In this document: positions 1 through 8,867 of the stretch, in pieces
Layout: each line of letters begins with the position of its first letter
Numbering within the stretch: position 1 is the first letter of the stretch
NCBI RefSeq assembly: GCF_000025665.1
Contig: NC_013926.1
Coordinates: forward strand, 1,230,001-1,262,000
DNA: 32,000 nt
Source of the DNA: Aciduliprofundum boonei T469
GTDB taxonomy: Archaea; Thermoplasmatota; Thermoplasmata; Thermoplasmatales; Aciduliprofundaceae
Direction of reading: 5' to 3'
The notes under the pieces: generated by a model
Databases searched by the model: none
What the model saw: the letters and a program-made list of their open reading frames with translations, nothing else
Told to the model about the DNA's origin: nothing
Program-made: the position numbers and the translations under genes

Positions 1-435
1 GGTCCAATGTTGAGAAGAAGGGTGGCTTATGAAGATCTTGTAGATGATTTAGAACCCTTTTCTCACGCTCTTTTCACACCCATTTTCTTCGGGTATGTCG
101 GTCTAACACTTGGAGAAGTGTTATCAAAATTTGGTATGACCTTTGAAATGGGTATTCTCGTTTTTCTCCTAACTCTTGGAGCTCTTGCCGGAAAATTTAT
201 TGGGTGCGGCTTAGGGGCTAGATTGTCGCACCTTGACAAAAAACAATCAGGATTTATTGGAATAGCTATGGGCGGTAGAGGTGCTTTAGAATTGGTTCTT
301 CTTTCGATTGGATATGAAAAAGGTATCATAAACGGTCCATTATTTGCCTCGGTTGTTCTCGTTACTCTCCTAACTGTAATAATAACTCCCATTCTTCTCT
401 CGTTGTATGAAAAGAGAATCATGGCTTCCCCCTAG
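1..435 (+). CDS. Cation/H+ antiporter (Na+/H+ exchanger, CPA2-like), C-terminal fragment; the 5' end lies outside the window
   Basis: The frame is open from nt 1. The sequence is a run of hydrophobic TM helices. The motif GIAMGGRGALELVLLSIG...GPLFASVVLVTLLTVIITP is typical of the last TM segments of Kef/NapA-type exchangers. Confidence 0.7.
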   Translation, partial: GPMLRRRVAYEDLVDDLEPFSHALFTPIFFGYVGLTLGEVLSKFGMTFEMGILVFLLTLGALAGKFIGCGLGARLSHLDKKQSGFIGIAMGGRGALELVLLSIGYEKGIINGPLFASVVLVTLLTVIITPILLSLYEKRIMASP

Positions 436-991
436 ACTCTCCAAAATACAAGGTAGAGGCAATGATATGCGCTACCCTTAATGGCTCAGGAATTGCGCCT
501 CTAACCGTGAAAGCATTTATCACTCTCTCCGCCTCGCTCCTTTCAATACCCACAATTTGTGCATAAACCTCATATTTTCCATTTTGAACTTTCTCAATCT
601 TATACTTTTTAATTAATTTCATCCTAACTTCCCAATCTTCAAAATGCTTTTTTAAAGCATCTTCTATTGTTTTCAAATCTGGCATTTTTCGTGAAACAAC
701 TATTATTGGAATACCATACTCTTTCCAAACTCTTTCTAGGTCCAAAACATTGAAACCGCCAAATGTTATACCTTGAGTGAATATAACCTTTATCTGCCTT
801 CCATACTTAGACGAGAGCATATCAAGAAGTGCATCTGTGACATCCATCCCATCAACTTCAATTTCTCGCAGAAGCATACCTTCAATATAATTTGGATATC
901 TCATAACTATTCCAACGAGATTAGAGCTACCGGGGATATGTGGCGCAAAATAAGAATCGTCTATACCCAAGGCACGAATGTATTTTTTCAT
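419..991 (-). CDS. DUF99 / UPF0215 family protein (endonuclease V-like fold)
   Basis: 190 aa. [11 protein letters not shown]...VGIVMR...EVDGMDVTD...[11 protein letters not shown]...GIPIIVV matches the conserved archaeal DUF99 pattern. Its start overlaps the pth2 stop by 4 nt. Confidence 0.75.
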   Translation of the reverse strand: MKKYIRALGIDDSYFAPHIPGSSNLVGIVMRYPNYIEGMLLREIEVDGMDVTDALLDMLSSKYGRQIKVIFTQGITFGGFNVLDLERVWKEYGIPIIVVSRKMPDLKTIEDALKKHFEDWEVRMKLIKKYKIEKVQNGKYEVYAQIVGIERSEAERVINAFTVRGAIPEPLRVAHIIASTLYFGESRGKP

Positions 992-1329
992 AACAATGGC
1001 AAATTACCAGTTACCTTATTAACTATTTCCTCAGGCCCGGGTCCTATGCCCAAGCATGTCACCGTGCCAGGAGGTACCTCAGTAAGTCCAGCATCTCTAA
1101 TTATTGCCGTTGGCAAGCCCAAATTCTTTGCTTTAAATTCGAGCTCATATAGAGTTTTCAAATCTTTAACCTTGACTACAACCTTCTTCTGACCCTCTTT
1201 GAGCCATCCATCAAGCCACGGATTTTTCTGCCTTTTAGCTTTAAGAGTGCACTCAACAGCCGCATGAGCCACTTGAACTGCAAGCTTTCCGCATGAGAGT
1301 TGCAAATCATCCCTAACAACCATTACCAT
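988..1329 (-). CDS. pth2: Peptidyl-tRNA hydrolase, archaeal/eukaryotic type (Pth2)
   Basis: [25 protein letters not shown]...[28 protein letters not shown] is the Pth2 signature. I prefer the ATG at 1329 because a GAGGT site at 1335-1339 (minus strand) sits 5 nt upstream. The ORF track starts at 1341. Confidence 0.9.
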   Translation of the reverse strand: MVMVVRDDLQLSCGKLAVQVAHAAVECTLKAKRQKNPWLDGWLKEGQKKVVVKVKDLKTLYELEFKAKNLGLPTAIIRDAGLTEVPPGTVTCLGIGPGPEEIVNKVTGNLPLL

Positions 1330-1330
1330 C

Positions 1331-1852
1331 TTATACCTCATTCACAACACCTTTCAATCTCTCTATCCTATCATCCATTTCTCTTATCTCCTCAAGAATT
1401 TCCCTTCTCTTCTCTTCATAATAATCCCTTCTTCTTGGGTTGAGCCTTATCATTCTCTCCACTTCTTCTAATTCTTTTATCTTTCTCTTTCTCTCTTTTA
1501 AAAGTTCGTCAAGCATTATTAACCTATCATACTTATCATTTTCCTCTAATCCAAACAATTTTCGGAGGGTAGGATAGCCACCTCTGTAAAATCCAACTAT
1601 GAAGAATATACCTGTGAGATTTATCAATGCAAACCATATATATTTCCCATAAAAAAGAGAAGTATAGCCCAAAATGTAGCCCGTGAGAATTGCAATGACT
1701 ATGCTCATCCCCATACCTAAACCGATGCGATACAACTGGTCATATTCCAAATCCAACTCACCTTTCTTTGGAAAAAGCATGTTTATGAATGTATAACCTG
1801 GAAGAAAGAATAGCATGAGTACAGCACCAATCACTTGCAATACATTCATCAA
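1331..1852 (-). CDS. Membrane protein with a DUF1616-like N-terminus (3 TM helices) and a charged coiled-coil C-terminal tail
   Basis: 173 aa. The N-terminus [19 protein letters not shown]...[23 protein letters not shown] resembles the N-terminus of archaeal DUF1616 proteins. The C-terminal 60 aa are K/E/R-rich heptad-like sequence. It is the first gene of a three-gene overlapping operon. Confidence 0.5.
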   Translation of the reverse strand: MMNVLQVIGAVLMLFFLPGYTFINMLFPKKGELDLEYDQLYRIGLGMGMSIVIAILTGYILGYTSLFYGKYIWFALINLTGIFFIVGFYRGGYPTLRKLFGLEENDKYDRLIMLDELLKERKRKIKELEEVERMIRLNPRRRDYYEEKRREILEEIREMDDRIERLKGVVNEV

Positions 1853-1899
1853 GCCAAAATTGTGGGATAATATTTAAAATTTCACAAAGTTTTAAAAGG

Positions 1900-3498
1900 A
1901 TGTGCCAATATTGCATTGTGAAAGTTGTGATTTTAGATGGCTATGTTGACGAGCCCTCAGTGCTTGGAGTGCCACCCTATATTTCTCCCTACATCCGTGA
2001 GCTTGCAGGAGTTTGCAAAGAGTTGGAAGTAGAATGTGAATATAAGAGCATCGATATGTGGAGAAAAGGGGAGAGAATAGAGGGAGATATTCTTGTTCTT
2101 CTTGGTGGAGCAATAGTTCCAGGCAAGTATCTTCGCACATACCCTGCATCATTGAGGGAGATTCGTGAAATTCTATCTTCCTTTAAAGGATTAAAAATAT
2201 TTGGTGGCGCAATTGCAAAATTTGAAAAGCCCAATGTGCCTGCAGATTATCTTGCATTGGGAGATGTAGATGCTTTACTCTATGATATTCTAACCGAGAA
2301 TTTCACACATCACAGATTACATAATTTGAATAAGTGGAACCGCTGGTTAAAGCTTGGGACTTACATTGTAAAAGAGCATCCAGATTACCCTGAGCCATTG
2401 ATAGTGGAGATAGAGACATTTCGTGGCTGTTCAAGGTACTTAAGCGGAGGATGCTCATTTTGCGTGGAGCCCCTGTATGGAAAGCCTATGTTTAGAGAGA
2501 TAGACGATATTGTGGAGGAGGTAAGAATCTTGAGCAATCTTGGAGTTAGAAATTTTAGAATTGGGGGGCAAACTTGTATTTATTCTTACAAAGCCTACGG
2601 CGTTGGAAAGCAGGAGATCCCACAGCCGAATATCCATGCTTTAGAAGATTTATTTTCAAAATTGAATAAGATTCCTCATAGAGTTTTGCATGTGGACAAT
2701 GCTAACCCTGCCGTGCTCGCCTCATATCCAGAGGAGGCAAGAAAGATAACAGAGATTCTTGTCAAATACACCACACCTGGAAATGTTGTTGCCTTTGGTA
2801 TGGAAAGTGCAGATCCCGCGGTAATAAAGGCCAATAATCTTAACTCCACTCCTGAAATGGTGATGAATGCAATAAGGATCATTAATGAAATAGGAGCAGT
2901 ACGAGGAGAGAACGGTATGCCAAAACTTCTTCCAGGGCTAAATTTCATATGCGGTTTATGGGGTGAGAGCAAGGATACCTACGCTATGAATCTCAAATTC
3001 TTAAAAGAGGTTCTCGCCAAGGGTTATCTTTTGAGGAGGATAAACATAAGGCAGGTAGCCTCAGTGCGCAATAAATTCAAATTGAAATACAGGCATGAAT
3101 GTTGGAAGTTCAGGAGAGAAGTTAGGGAGAAAATAGAGAAGATTATGCTCAAAAGAATAGTGCCAATGGGCACGGTTCTAAAAGATGTTTATTTGGAAAT
3201 TCACAGAGGAAATTACACATTTGGAAGACAACCTGGGTCTTATCCTCTTGTCGTAGTTTTGCCTTATTTTTCAGAGGTGGGAAAATATGTGAATGTTAAA
3301 GTAGTTGGTTATGGAGAGAGAAGCTTGACAGCTTTAGAGTACCCGCTCAATGTTAATTCCGCATCATTCTCCACTCTAAAATCCATACCAGGCATGGGAG
3401 AGAAAAAAGCTGCCGAAATAATAAGAAAAAGGCCATTTAAAAATATGAAATCCCTGCAAGAAATCTTTCCAGATGCAGAAAAATATTTCACCTTGTGA
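1900..3498 (+). CDS. Radical SAM enzyme with a C-terminal helix-hairpin-helix motif (COG1031-type, function unknown)
   Basis: 532 aa. The cluster motif is RGCSRYLSGGCSFC. It is followed by a radical SAM core, a TRAM-like beta segment (GTVLKDVYLEI...VNVKVVGYGERSLTA) and an HhH motif (IPGMGEKKAAEIIRKRPF). The true start could be a few codons downstream of 1900. Confidence 0.8.
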   Translation: MCQYCIVKVVILDGYVDEPSVLGVPPYISPYIRELAGVCKELEVECEYKSIDMWRKGERIEGDILVLLGGAIVPGKYLRTYPASLREIREILSSFKGLKIFGGAIAKFEKPNVPADYLALGDVDALLYDILTENFTHHRLHNLNKWNRWLKLGTYIVKEHPDYPEPLIVEIETFRGCSRYLSGGCSFCVEPLYGKPMFREIDDIVEEVRILSNLGVRNFRIGGQTCIYSYKAYGVGKQEIPQPNIHALEDLFSKLNKIPHRVLHVDNANPAVLASYPEEARKITEILVKYTTPGNVVAFGMESADPAVIKANNLNSTPEMVMNAIRIINEIGAVRGENGMPKLLPGLNFICGLWGESKDTYAMNLKFLKEVLAKGYLLRRINIRQVASVRNKFKLKYRHECWKFRREVREKIEKIMLKRIVPMGTVLKDVYLEIHRGNYTFGRQPGSYPLVVVLPYFSEVGKYVNVKVVGYGERSLTALEYPLNVNSASFSTLKSIPGMGEKKAAEIIRKRPFKNMKSLQEIFPDAEKYFTL

Positions 3499-3507
3499 AA
3501 TCGTTAC

Positions 3508-3516
3508 TTTTATATA
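3508..3516 (+). promoter_or_regulatory. TATA box of the thermosome promoter, followed by an SD site (GGTGA, 3541-3545)
   Basis: TTTTATATA lies about 35-43 nt upstream of the ATG at 3551. GGTGA lies 5 nt upstream of that ATG. Confidence 0.5.
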
Positions 3517-3550
3517 GAAGAACTATCTTACCGAGTTTGAGGTGATAAAG

Positions 3551-5206
3551 ATGATGGGAGGTCAAGTACCTATACTTGTGCTCAAAGAGGGCACTGAAAG
3601 AGAGACAGGCAGAGATGCGCAAAGGAAGAATATTGAGGTCGCAAAGGCAATAGCAGATGCAGTGCGCACAACCCTAGGACCAAAGGGAATGGACAAGATG
3701 CTTGTGGACAGCTTGGGAGACATAGTTATTACAAATGATGGTGCCACCATACTAAAAGAGATTGATGTTGCTCATCCAGTGGGCAAGATGATGGTTGAAG
3801 TTGCAAAAGTTCAAGATACTGAAGTAGGTGATGGCACAACAAGTGCTGTAGTTCTCGCTGGTGAATTGCTCCATAAGGCAGAAGAGCTTTTAGAGCAGAA
3901 TGTGCATCCCACCATAATAACCAATGGTTATAGGCTTGCAGCAGAGAAGGCCCTTGAGCTTCTTCCAGAACTCGGAATAAAGGTGGATAGCGATGAGCTT
4001 CTTAAAGACATAGCAATGACAGCGATGACCGGTAAGAATGTGGCAGAAGCAAAGGAGTATCTTGCAGATATAGCAGTTAAGGCCATAAAGGCAATTGCAG
4101 AAGAGAAGGATGGCAAGACAGTGGTTAATGTGGATAATGTAAAGGTCGAAAAGAAGCAGGGAGGAGGAATAAAAGATACAGAGCTAATTGATGGAATAAT
4201 ACTTGATAAAGAAAAAGTTCATCCCCGTATGCCCAAACTCGTTAAAGAGGCAAAAATAGCCCTCATAAACACGGGATTTGAAGTTAAGAAGACTGAGATA
4301 AGTGCAAAGATTGAGATTACAGATCCAACACAGATTCAGGCATTTTTAGACGAGGAACAGAAGGAAATAAAGAAGATGGTAGACAAAATCAAAGAAGTTG
4401 GTGCTAATGTAGTATTCTGCCAGAAGGCAATTGATGATATTGCTCAGCACTATATGGCTAAATATGGAATATACGCAGTTCGCCGTGTGAAGAAGAGCGA
4501 TATGAGCAAGCTTGCAAAGGCAACTGGTGCAAAGATAATAACCAACCTGGATGATTTGACCCCTGAGGACCTTGGTTATGCAGAAGTAGTTGAAGAGAGA
4601 AAAATTGGAGATGACAATATGACCTTTGTGCGCGGCTGCAAGAATCCAAAGGCAGTGAGCATACTGATACGTGGCGGTACAGAGCATGTTGTAGATGAGG
4701 CAGAGCGTGCCTTACACGATGCTCTAAAGGTAGTAGGTGTTGCTTTAGAGGATGGGTATGCTGTTGCTGGTGGCGGTGCAACGGATATAGAACTTGCGTT
4801 GAAACTTAGAGAATATGCGCCAAGCGTTGGGGGCAGAGAGCAGCTTGCAATCGAAGCATTTGCAGACGCTCTGGAGATCATACCTCGCACCCTAGCAGAG
4901 AATGCTGGTCTTGATGCAATAGACATAATAATGAAACTCAAAGCAGAGCATCAGGCAGGAAAGAAGCATGCAGGCATAGATGTCTTTGATGGCAGAATCG
5001 TGGATATGGTTGAGAAGAAAGTGATAGAACCCATGCGCGTCAAAAAGCAGGCAATTGAAAGTGCTACCGAAGTTGCAACAATGATACTGCGCATTGATGA
5101 TGTAATCGCTGCCAAGAAAAGCGAGGGACCTAAGGGTGGCCAGGGTGGACCTGGCGGAATGCCCGGTGGAATGGGCGGCATGGGCGGAATGCCTGGCATG
5201 ATGTAA
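3551..5206 (+). CDS. ths: Thermosome subunit (group II chaperonin, CCT/TCP-1 family)
   Basis: [13 protein letters not shown]...[42 protein letters not shown] and VAGGGA are canonical group II chaperonin motifs. The protein ends in a GGM-rich tail. The start was chosen at the ATG after the GGTGA site. Confidence 0.97.
   Translation: MMGGQVPILVLKEGTERETGRDAQRKNIEVAKAIADAVRTTLGPKGMDKMLVDSLGDIVITNDGATILKEIDVAHPVGKMMVEVAKVQDTEVGDGTTSAVVLAGELLHKAEELLEQNVHPTIITNGYRLAAEKALELLPELGIKVDSDELLKDIAMTAMTGKNVAEAKEYLADIAVKAIKAIAEEKDGKTVVNVDNVKVEKKQGGGIKDTELIDGIILDKEKVHPRMPKLVKEAKIALINTGFEVKKTEISAKIEITDPTQIQAFLDEEQKEIKKMVDKIKEVGANVVFCQKAIDDIAQHYMAKYGIYAVRRVKKSDMSKLAKATGAKIITNLDDLTPEDLGYAEVVEERKIGDDNMTFVRGCKNPKAVSILIRGGTEHVVDEAERALHDALKVVGVALEDGYAVAGGGATDIELALKLREYAPSVGGREQLAIEAFADALEIIPRTLAENAGLDAIDIIMKLKAEHQAGKKHAGIDVFDGRIVDMVEKKVIEPMRVKKQAIESATEVATMILRIDDVIAAKKSEGPKGGQGGPGGMPGGMGGMGGMPGMM
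5135..5203 (+). repeat. Low-complexity Gly/Met-rich (GGM-type) C-terminal tail coding region of the thermosome gene
   Basis: This stretch translates to [23 protein letters not shown]. Such tails are a known feature of chaperonins. Confidence 0.8.
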
Positions 5207-5223
5207 ATTCTTTTCCCTTATTT

Positions 5224-6180
5224 TTATTCTATAATTTCTGGGAATTGGCTTATATCTTTTACAAATGTATACGAATCCCTTAATTCTGCCCTCTCTTTTA
5301 TAAATCTAAGTATGAACATTCCACAATTAGACCCTATTAGATTCTCCTTAGTATCACCTATTGATATGATCACATCATACCCCATTCTCTTAAGTGTATC
5401 TACAAATTTTCTGTGCTTAACAGGTAAGCCATTTCTCAGATCTATATCGTTGGAAATATGATTAATCTTCGCACTTACTGTGGGATTACCAGGTGTAATC
5501 TTTATTAAGAAATATTCAGGAGAGAAGAAATTCATTATTATTTCGGGATCTGCTTCGTTTTCCTTGGCAAGTGCGAAGTTTAGAGTTATTTTTAGGCTCC
5601 CTTCATCGTAAAATTTACGACCATAATCGGATATTCTCTTAAAATCCCATTTTCTTATGGGAATTATCTCATCCCTCTGCTTTGTGTTTGTAGTGTGAAT
5701 GGAAAATTGAAGCTGAAATTTTTCAGGATATTTCTCTTTCTTTATTTTAAGCAACCTCTCAAAAAAAGAATCTACACCCACTGGTGCAATCGTAGATAAT
5801 GATGGAAAGAAATTATCATACTTGTCTCCCAAATTTTCTATTACATCCAATACAGCAGGATTGAAACTTGGCTCACCCATCCGAGCAAATTGAATTTTAA
5901 ATTTTTTAGTTTTGGGCTTCTCTTCAAATCTTTTCTTTATTGGGTATTCTATTTGTTCCATAATCTCTTTGAAATCTAACTTACCTTTGTAAAAGAATCC
6001 TGCATCACACATCTTGCATCCTACAGGACATCCATTTAACGAAGATACTATTAAAACCCATTTTTCTCCAATATCTCCTGTAGGTGTTGATTCTACAAAC
6101 TCAATTATATTCCCTTTGTATGTTTTTCCAATATATACTTTGGCTATGGACTCGTCACCAATTTCCCTCAAAATTTCCAT
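5224..6180 (-). CDS. RlmN/Cfr-like radical SAM enzyme, N-terminally truncated relative to RlmN
   Basis: 318 aa. By eye it aligns to E. coli RlmN at five blocks:
- LIVSSLNGCPVGCKMC vs LCVSSQVGCALECKFC
- ARMGEPSFN vs MGMGEPLLN
- QFSIHTTNTKQRDEIIPIRKW vs [21 protein letters not shown]
- IKITPGNP vs INLIPWNP
- GSNCGMF vs AACGQL. Confidence 0.75.
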   Translation of the reverse strand: MEILREIGDESIAKVYIGKTYKGNIIEFVESTPTGDIGEKWVLIVSSLNGCPVGCKMCDAGFFYKGKLDFKEIMEQIEYPIKKRFEEKPKTKKFKIQFARMGEPSFNPAVLDVIENLGDKYDNFFPSLSTIAPVGVDSFFERLLKIKKEKYPEKFQLQFSIHTTNTKQRDEIIPIRKWDFKRISDYGRKFYDEGSLKITLNFALAKENEADPEIIMNFFSPEYFLIKITPGNPTVSAKINHISNDIDLRNGLPVKHRKFVDTLKRMGYDVIISIGDTKENLIGSNCGMFILRFIKERAELRDSYTFVKDISQFPEIIE

Positions 6181-6964
6181 ATCGCATCATCCTCCATATC
6201 TTCATCCCTGTCTTCACGCCATCTGCTATAGCTAATGATGTTTGACGATATACACCATTCTTAGCATCACCTATTATAAACATCCTCGAGCTCGCAATAT
6301 CTTCAACTATTTCAACATTTGGAATTCTGCCTATGGCTCCTAAAATCTCATCAAACTCTATTTTTCCAATGGAAGTATGTGCTATGTGGTTTTTTATGCT
6401 CTTGATTTCTCCCTTCACTACAGTTATTCCTCTCTCAATCACCTCATCTACCAAAATTGGCAAAGCTTTTATAGTGCTCCTGTATAGAATAGTGATATCT
6501 TTGCACATTTTTCTTGCACTTAAAGCGTAATCAAACGCAATATCTCCTCCCCCTATGATTAACAGTTTATCACAAGGATTTATTTCTGTGATGTGATACT
6601 TTATACCCTCAAATGGTAATTTCTTAGGCCGTGTTCCTGTAGCTATTACCAAATATTCAAATTCATATCTTCCTTTTTCCGTTACAATTACAAAATTTTT
6701 GGTCATCTTCACTTTTTTTACCTCTTCATAAATGATATCTATATCATACTTTTTCACATAATCCTCCAAGATTTTAACAAACATCTTGCCTGATATTCCT
6801 TCTGGAAACAGCATAGTGTTTTCGATTCTATGAGCATTCTCCACTAAACCACCTATCTTGTCCTTTTCAAATATTAGTGAGTTTATTTTGTATCTTTTGA
6901 GTTGCACTGCTGTACTTATACCTGCAGGTCCTGCACCTACTATGGCTACTTTTGAACTAACCAT
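6155..6964 (-). CDS. FAD/NAD(P)-dependent oxidoreductase, thioredoxin-reductase-like fold without the CxxC redox dyad
   Basis: There is an N-terminal dinucleotide-binding motif (VAIVGAGPAGISTA), a second GGGDIAFDYA motif and a C-terminal FIIGDA motif. The start was chosen at MVSSK (ATG 6964), which is preceded by GAGAGGT. The gene overlaps both neighbours (6946-6964 and 6155-6180). Confidence 0.8.
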   Translation of the reverse strand: MVSSKVAIVGAGPAGISTAVQLKRYKINSLIFEKDKIGGLVENAHRIENTMLFPEGISGKMFVKILEDYVKKYDIDIIYEEVKKVKMTKNFVIVTEKGRYEFEYLVIATGTRPKKLPFEGIKYHITEINPCDKLLIIGGGDIAFDYALSARKMCKDITILYRSTIKALPILVDEVIERGITVVKGEIKSIKNHIAHTSIGKIEFDEILGAIGRIPNVEIVEDIASSRMFIIGDAKNGVYRQTSLAIADGVKTGMKIWRMMRYGNFEGNW

Positions 6965-7575
6965 TCTAATAACCTCTCTATTGATATAACAACACCGAAT
7001 CCATGGGATATGCTTCTCAAAGTGCATTCATGCAATTCTTCATTTTGAGTTATAGTTCCATCAATCGGAAAAATTACATTAAACCCTCTATTAAAAGCAT
7101 CTCGCGCAGTGGTTTCACAGCAAAGATGTGTCATCACTCCTGTGATAATTAAAGTTTCAACACCTTTATTCTTGAGATGCTCTTCAAGCTCAGTTTTAAG
7201 AAAAGCATTATATGTATTTTTCTCAATAATTTTATTACCATATTTTCTTATTTCTTCTAAAATTGCAGTGGAGGTATCATCACATTTCATTTCATCGTTC
7301 CACCATTTTGATAGTATATTACCTTCATGGCAATGTTTTGTTAGAATAATCTCAATACCTTTATTTTTTGCAAACTCATAAAGCCTTTTTATTCTATTCA
7401 AAAACTCAGGTGATGATGGAAGATAAGCTTTTCCTAGGGGATTTAAAAAATAACCTTGCATATCAATACCCAGTATGGCAACTTTCCCCTGAATTTTTCT
7501 GAGTTTTTCGAATCTAAAATACCTCTTTTCCATTAAAGATACAAAAGCTGAAGTTAGGTACCTAGAGCGATACAT
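6946..7575 (-). CDS. Isochorismatase-family cysteine hydrolase
   Basis: VAILGIDMQ (Asp), IIEKNTYNAF (Lys) and LIITGVMTHLCCETTARDAFNRGF (Cys) form the D-K-C triad context of the family. An alternative start at 7533 is possible. The TATA-like box at 7591-7607 favours 7575. Confidence 0.85.
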   Translation of the reverse strand: MYRSRYLTSAFVSLMEKRYFRFEKLRKIQGKVAILGIDMQGYFLNPLGKAYLPSSPEFLNRIKRLYEFAKNKGIEIILTKHCHEGNILSKWWNDEMKCDDTSTAILEEIRKYGNKIIEKNTYNAFLKTELEEHLKNKGVETLIITGVMTHLCCETTARDAFNRGFNVIFPIDGTITQNEELHECTLRSISHGFGVVISIERLLEWLVQK

Positions 7576-7590
7576 AGGTGGACATGAATG

Positions 7591-7630
7591 TAAAATTTAA
7601 TAATTTACTTTCCCGCTCAATTTTTATATT
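7591..7630. promoter_or_regulatory. Divergent promoter region with two TATA-like boxes: 7591-7607 for the minus-strand operon and 7621-7630 for hutI
   Basis: TAAATTATTAAATTTTA (minus strand) is centred about 24 nt from the ATG at 7575. TTTTTATATT is centred about 25 nt from the ATG at 7650. This spacing is consistent with leaderless transcripts. Confidence 0.45.
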
Positions 7631-7649
7631 CCCGATATATTTACCATAT

Positions 7650-8867
7650 ATGCTTCTCATAAAGAATGCCTCACAGCTTTTAACCCTTGCTGGAGGAATA
7701 AAAAAAGAAGATTATGAATTAGGCATAATAGAAAATGGTGCAGTACTAATAGAGGGAGAAAAAATAGTTGAAATTGGCAGTACTAAAGAACTAAAGGGGA
7801 GTGCAGATAAGGAAATAGATGCATCTAGTAAGGTGGTTATGCCGGGATTCGTGGATCCGCATACACATCTTGTATTTTCTGGCACAAGGGAGAATGAACT
7901 ATACATGAAATTACAGGGTAAAACATACCTTGAAATCTTAAAAATGGGTGGAGGGATTTTAAGGACGGTTAGAGCCACAAGGAACGCCAGCAAGGAAGCG
8001 TTAATCAAAGAAAGTATGAGAAGATTAGATTATATGTTGGTGAATGGAACCACTACTGCCGAGGCAAAGAGTGGGTATGGACTGAATTATGAGGATGAAA
8101 GAAAAATCTTAGAGGTCATAAATGATATTAAGCATCCGATAGATCTCGTACCTACATTCCTAGGAGCACACGCTTTGCCACCAGAGTTCAAGAAAAGTGG
8201 AGAGCACATAGAGTATATGAAAAAAATAATTCCAAAAATTGCGCCTCTTGCAAAATTCATAGACATATTTTGCGAAAAAGGGGTATTTAATTGTGAAGAA
8301 TCAAAGGAATATCTTGATGAGGGAAAGAAATACGGGCTTGTACCGAAAATTCATGCTGATGAAATTGAGGACATCGGGTGCACTAAAGTTGCTGTAGAAG
8401 TGGGTGCAATCTCCGCTGACCATCTTGTAAAAACAAGTGACGAGAATATAGAGCTTATGGCCAAGAAGGGTATAATTGCTGTTTTCCTCCCCGCCACACC
8501 TTATATGCTCTTAAGTAAGGAATACGCTAGAGCCAGGAAATTCATTGAGATGGGCATTCCAGTTGCGTTAGCTACGGATTTAAATCCAAATGCATATACA
8601 GAGAGCATGCAGATGGTTATTTCCCTGGCAATAACCCAAATGCATATGCTACCAGAAGAGGCAATTGCCGCTAGCACCATAAACGCTGCTGCTGCCATAG
8701 GCATGAAGGATAAAATAGGTTCTTTGGAAAAGGGAAAACAAGCAGATTTGATAATTTTAGATGCTAAAAATTATCAGCAAATTGGATATCATTTCGGTGT
8801 GAATCTTGTTGAAAAGGTGATTAAAAAGGGGAAATTGGTGTGGAGCAGGGGAAATGTACTTCATTAG
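7650..8867 (+). CDS. hutI: Imidazolonepropionase (HutI-family amidohydrolase)
   Basis: PGFVDPHTHLVF, GGGILRTVRATRNAS, GTTTAEAKSGYGL, KIHADEIEDIG, ISADHL and ALATDLNPN match HutI signature blocks. The start was moved to MLLIKNASQ (7650). The track start at 7578 would abut the divergent gene and leave no room for a promoter. Confidence 0.85.
   Translation: MLLIKNASQLLTLAGGIKKEDYELGIIENGAVLIEGEKIVEIGSTKELKGSADKEIDASSKVVMPGFVDPHTHLVFSGTRENELYMKLQGKTYLEILKMGGGILRTVRATRNASKEALIKESMRRLDYMLVNGTTTAEAKSGYGLNYEDERKILEVINDIKHPIDLVPTFLGAHALPPEFKKSGEHIEYMKKIIPKIAPLAKFIDIFCEKGVFNCEESKEYLDEGKKYGLVPKIHADEIEDIGCTKVAVEVGAISADHLVKTSDENIELMAKKGIIAVFLPATPYMLLSKEYARARKFIEMGIPVALATDLNPNAYTESMQMVISLAITQMHMLPEEAIAASTINAAAAIGMKDKIGSLEKGKQADLIILDAKNYQQIGYHFGVNLVEKVIKKGKLVWSRGNVLH

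Noticed and set aside
773-1192. A 139-aa plus-strand ORF spanning the DUF99/pth2 junction
   Set aside because: It is antisense to two recognisable conserved genes and bridges their junction. It has no recognisable features.
3562-5199. Multiple antisense ORFs of 62-121 aa inside the thermosome gene (for example 4346-4687, 4458-4781, 4576-4941 and 4951-5199, minus strand)
   Set aside because: They lie opposite an unambiguous, highly conserved CDS. Their translations are low-complexity (S/A/P/L/H-rich) and unlike the K/E/I-rich proteome. They are the expected open antisense frames of a relatively GC-rich gene.
5135-5203. A GGM-coding repeat at the thermosome 3' end, considered as a tandem repeat of interest
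   Set aside because: It is a well-known Gly/Met-rich flexible tail of chaperonins and not a novel repeat.
7578-7649. A GTG-initiated 24-codon extension of hutI
   Set aside because: It would start 3 nt from the divergent gene's start codon and run through both promoter boxes. HutI homology begins at MLLIKNASQ.
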